Positions 61,202-64,000 of a stretch of 64,000 bases of DNA are shown one piece after another. The notes below the pieces were generated by a model. The model had not been told where the DNA came from. It worked only from the letters and a program-made list of their open reading frames with translations, and ran no database searches. Numbering within the stretch: position 1 is the first letter of the stretch; each line of letters starts with the position of its first letter. A program made the position numbers and the translations under genes. The stretch lies in the NCBI GenBank assembly GCA_964252035.1, contig CAXUOO010000116.1, one strand, 5' to 3'. The stretch comes from Podarcis erhardii. Lineage: Eukaryota.

Positions 61202-63644
61202 CATTATTAAAGCTCTCACTTCATTTTTCGCTCCTTCAACTTTGAGAGAGAGGCCCTGGCGCGTCGAAAGAAATAAGTCCAGCTGAGCGCTTTCTTGACC
61301 ATCTTTTTGTAACATGCAGATAGAGAAAGTTTTTCCTTCTTGGGTCACTTGCACGTAGGTTTTTCCGTTATCTTTTGCGTGAGGCATGCATACCTGAGAA
61401 GACAAACAGAAAAAATAAAACAAAACTGTTTATCCACCAGATTTCCTTCCACAAAAACTTCGAAAGCTACTCAAACACAGCTCGGTATATCAATATTCGC
61501 GAAGCATTTGTGTACATATACTACCCTGACGATATAAATACTGAGAATAGGATTAAACCACTCCTCTAAAATGTGTGATCGAAAACGAAGGAGACAGCTA
61601 CGACTTTTCATTTAAATATAGTAAAATCACTCCTCATCTACTGGATGAACAGAACGACTAAGCAACAACAGCAACAGCTGCTGAATACGAAAAATGACGA
61701 CTACTGGGCTTTTAGTACCACATACGGAAATACACCGCTTAATATATGTGAAGCAAACGAAAAAGAACAAAAACTTTTTAACCAATGCTGCCTTTGCGCT
61801 GTTGCCTAACTAAATTCTGCAAATTCTGCTACACTGCTCGTGGCGCAGTGCACGTAAGCTGCAGCAGCGCCGGCCAGACTAATGCTCTATGCTTTGTTCT
61901 CTTGTTGCTAGTGCTTGAACAACGCAAAGCCGCTCTTGCAAAAGGACGTTGTCGCTATACTGCTGTCATTTACGGATCGCTTTTAAAAATCTTAGGTAAA
62001 AAAAGCAACAGTTGGACTATGGTGGTGCTGCTGTGGGACTGATACGCGAACGGAATGCGCCATTACTGCGGATGCTGGAGAAAACATACACTGCCTCTGC
62101 ATTTGCTACTACTATCCTTCTCTTTCGTTGCGCCATTGCTACAACCAAGGATTTCTTTTCTCACGCACGAGAAGTCACAAACTACAACTGCTCTTCTTTT
62201 TTCTTTTGTGTTGCTTATATGGGGAAACATTGCCTCTCACTACTCCCCTTCTACTGCTGCAGATGCAGCGGAACTCGATGCTGGTAACGAAAGTGTCTCG
62301 ACAAATTTCCAGAACAAACACATTAGCCTGACGCTGCTGCAGCTCCTCCTCTTATATTTTTGCTGCGACAGGCTTGAACGAAAGTTGCGCAGAAGACACT
62401 ACCCCTGCAGTTGCTTCTGCCGTTATTGTCGTTGCGGTGCTGCTACTCCTGCTGTTGCAGAAGCGCTACAGCATTTGCAGCAGTTTCCCTCTCAAAACGC
62501 TGCAACTGCCGCTGATGCTGCTGCTATTGCATTTTTCATCATATTTTTGCCGGTGTTGCTGCTGCTAGGACACTAGTCATCAATATATTCGATCAGACTA
62601 CTCCATCAGCTCTTAAAACTGCTGCTGTCATTGGTGCTACTTGCCTGAGATAAGTGGAGAACCTCTCCGCCGTCCTGCGGTGAGACAGTGACTGTCTGAC
62701 CAGGTTTCAATGCAACTCCTGCAACAGCAGCAGCACAAAGACGACACCAATGTTGACTAAAGCAGAATAGCAGCAGGAGCGATGTAAGAAACTTTGAAGG
62801 CGGCGACGGAAGTAGCACAAAGACAGCAGCAATGACGGCATAAGTGAGGAAACAGAAACAGAAATAGCGGGCCCGCAGACCGATGCACTATTGGACAAAT
62901 AGCTGAAAGATGATACCAGTCATAATCACCAAAACAGCGGAGTACCTACATCTAACAGACCAAAGCAGATGCTGGAACAGCAAACTATCACCAAGAGAAG
63001 AAGGAAGTCGTGTTTAACGGCGACAAAAGCAATTAGCATACGAAGGAAAAAGCTCCAATGTAAAGAAAACCAAGCAACCAGCCAAAACAGAAGACACGCC
63101 GAAGCAGCGGCTGCAGTTTCAAACGACAAAAACATCAAGGGTAATGGACTACGAGCCATAGCGGTAGAATTCAGCTCATCAACATATTAGTCGAAGAGGT
63201 AGATTCTTACACTTATCTATGTCTACAAGACTTCGTGAAACAAGTGATTTAGCAAAATAGTGAAGCACCACAGCAGCAGCGGCGTATTTTGAAAACTTGA
63301 GTCAGTACTCCACAAAATTCGAAAGCAGCAGAACTAAAAAATATTCGAATAAAAGCCAGACAGCAGCATAGAAAACGCAGCATCGAACTATGAAAGTCCC
63401 CACGCTTTCGATAAAAGATGCATGCGCCCACAGAGGACTGAACAGTTTTCGACAGACAGATTTCACAAACCTCATGTAGTTTTTGCTTCACGTTTCCACA
63501 GAAAATATACAAGAAAAATAGCGTTGAACGCAACGAGTACATTCGAAGGCGGCAACAACGGAACACTAAACCACAGCAGCGGCTAATGAAATACCAAAAC
63601 TACCACGCTGCAGCATCGGCGAGAATTTACTTACCGTAAAACAT
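58036..63644 (-). CDS. NF3: Nucleoplasmin-like (NPL/FKBP-N) domain nuclear factor NF3 homologue, 318 aa
   Basis: Exons 63635-63644, 62645-62718, 61220-61393, 60683-60799, 59856-59943, 59043-59128, 58740-58905, 58036-58277 total 957 nt with all phases consistent. The N-terminus MFYGVALKPGQTVTVSPQDGGEVLHLSQVCM..SAQLDLFL..KNEVHVTGYFEP fits the NPL fold of HD-tuins and fungal Fpr3/Fpr4, followed by long Asp/Glu tracts and a KKRK NLS-like motif. The NF3 name is from recollection of the Toxoplasma protein. Confidence 0.88.
58740..58905 (-). CDS. NF3 exon 7
   Basis: ttttag|ADVNGIESGSEDDEEEDEEEEQHQQQAKGDKKRKAQESSVNTQAAGGKGAAANKK|GTAAGT, phase 0 to 1. Confidence 0.9.
59043..59128 (-). CDS. NF3 exon 6 (acidic tract)
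   Basis: ttacag|ESSNAKPLAEDSGEEDDDEDEEDDDDDEE|GTGTGT, phase 1 to 0. Confidence 0.9.
59856..59943 (-). CDS. NF3 exon 5 (acidic tract)
   Basis: gtgtag|KGGKIEDLDKVNDEEDEEDDDDDDDDED|GTAAGG, phase 0 to 1. Confidence 0.9.
60683..60799 (-). CDS. NF3 exon 4
   Basis: atgcag|VHVTGYFEPSADIGESSDEESDEDEMADEMMEAKRVVPK|GTATGT. Confidence 0.92.
61220..61393 (-). CDS. NF3 exon 3
   Basis: tctcag|VCMPHAKDNGKTYVQVTQEGKTFSICMLQKDGQESAQLDLFLSTRQGLSLKVEGAKNE|GTGAGA. Confidence 0.92.
62645..62718 (-). CDS. NF3 exon 2
   Basis: ttgcag|GVALKPGQTVTVSPQDGGEVLHLSQ|GCAAGT (GC donor). Confidence 0.85.
63635..63644 (-). CDS. NF3 exon 1 coding part (10 nt, MFY+G)
   Basis: gtcaagATGTTTTACG|GTAAGT; phase 1 completes Gly with the next exon to give MFYGVALKPG. 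Confidence 0.8.
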
Positions 63645-64000
63645 CTTGACAAGGAGAATAGAAGGTATATGATTTAAAAGATGACGGGGGAAAAACGAAA
63701 GTGAAAAATACCAGAGAGACGCTGTGATCGCTGCCGGAGACGAATCGTAGACGGAACTATAGAAAAAGAAGAAGTGATAAGTGAAGCCAGACGGTGAATT
63801 CCCGATCCCTGGGATGCAGCTGCTGCCCACTTGCTGCTTTTTCGACATCACCTCCTGCAGCCCCGCAGCAGCTAGACGAAAACCCCACAACAATCTGCCA
63901 CCACAACCCCCCAAAGCATTATAAACACCAGTACGAGCAGTCCTGTAACACCATCGACACAGTACCCTACGCGTCGTAGATCTGGTTGTGTAACAGTAGC

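Noticed and set aside
1-61250. Dozens of 60-170-aa ORFs containing YIYIYI, CVCVCV or THTHTH runs
   Set aside because: They are translations of (TA)n, (TG)n and (CA)n microsatellites in introns, with no domains or consistent splice context

Overview
Eukaryotic genomic DNA, most likely from an eimeriid coccidian (Apicomplexa). The basis is CAG/GAA-derived homopolymeric amino-acid runs in one giant exon, scattered TGCATGCA octamers and apicomplexan-type proteins; the long introns are full of (TA)n. Most short ORFs in the supplied track are translated microsatellite or antisense shadows. I rebuilt four spliced or single-exon genes by hand from splice sites and phase checks. (1) A ferlin (multi-C2 membrane-fusion protein, probably FER2-type) on the minus strand: ATG at 32654, 21 exons traced to 1379, continuing off the left edge, with one 1-nt frame inconsistency at exon 12. 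(2) An intronless, membrane-anchored classical SDR oxidoreductase (36101-37738, minus). (3) A very large (>2,300 aa) DEAD-box helicase on the plus strand (about 43857-56727). Its core most resembles the plant plastid RH39-type helicases, and its 5' end is unresolved. (4) A nucleoplasmin-like nuclear factor NF3 homologue (63644-58036, minus, 8 exons, 318 aa) with a GC-AG intron and a C-terminal winged-helix-like domain. There are also several intronic minisatellites, two scaffold gaps, and no tRNA, rRNA, CRISPR array or recognisable transposon. Homology calls come from motif recognition and memory only; no searches were run.
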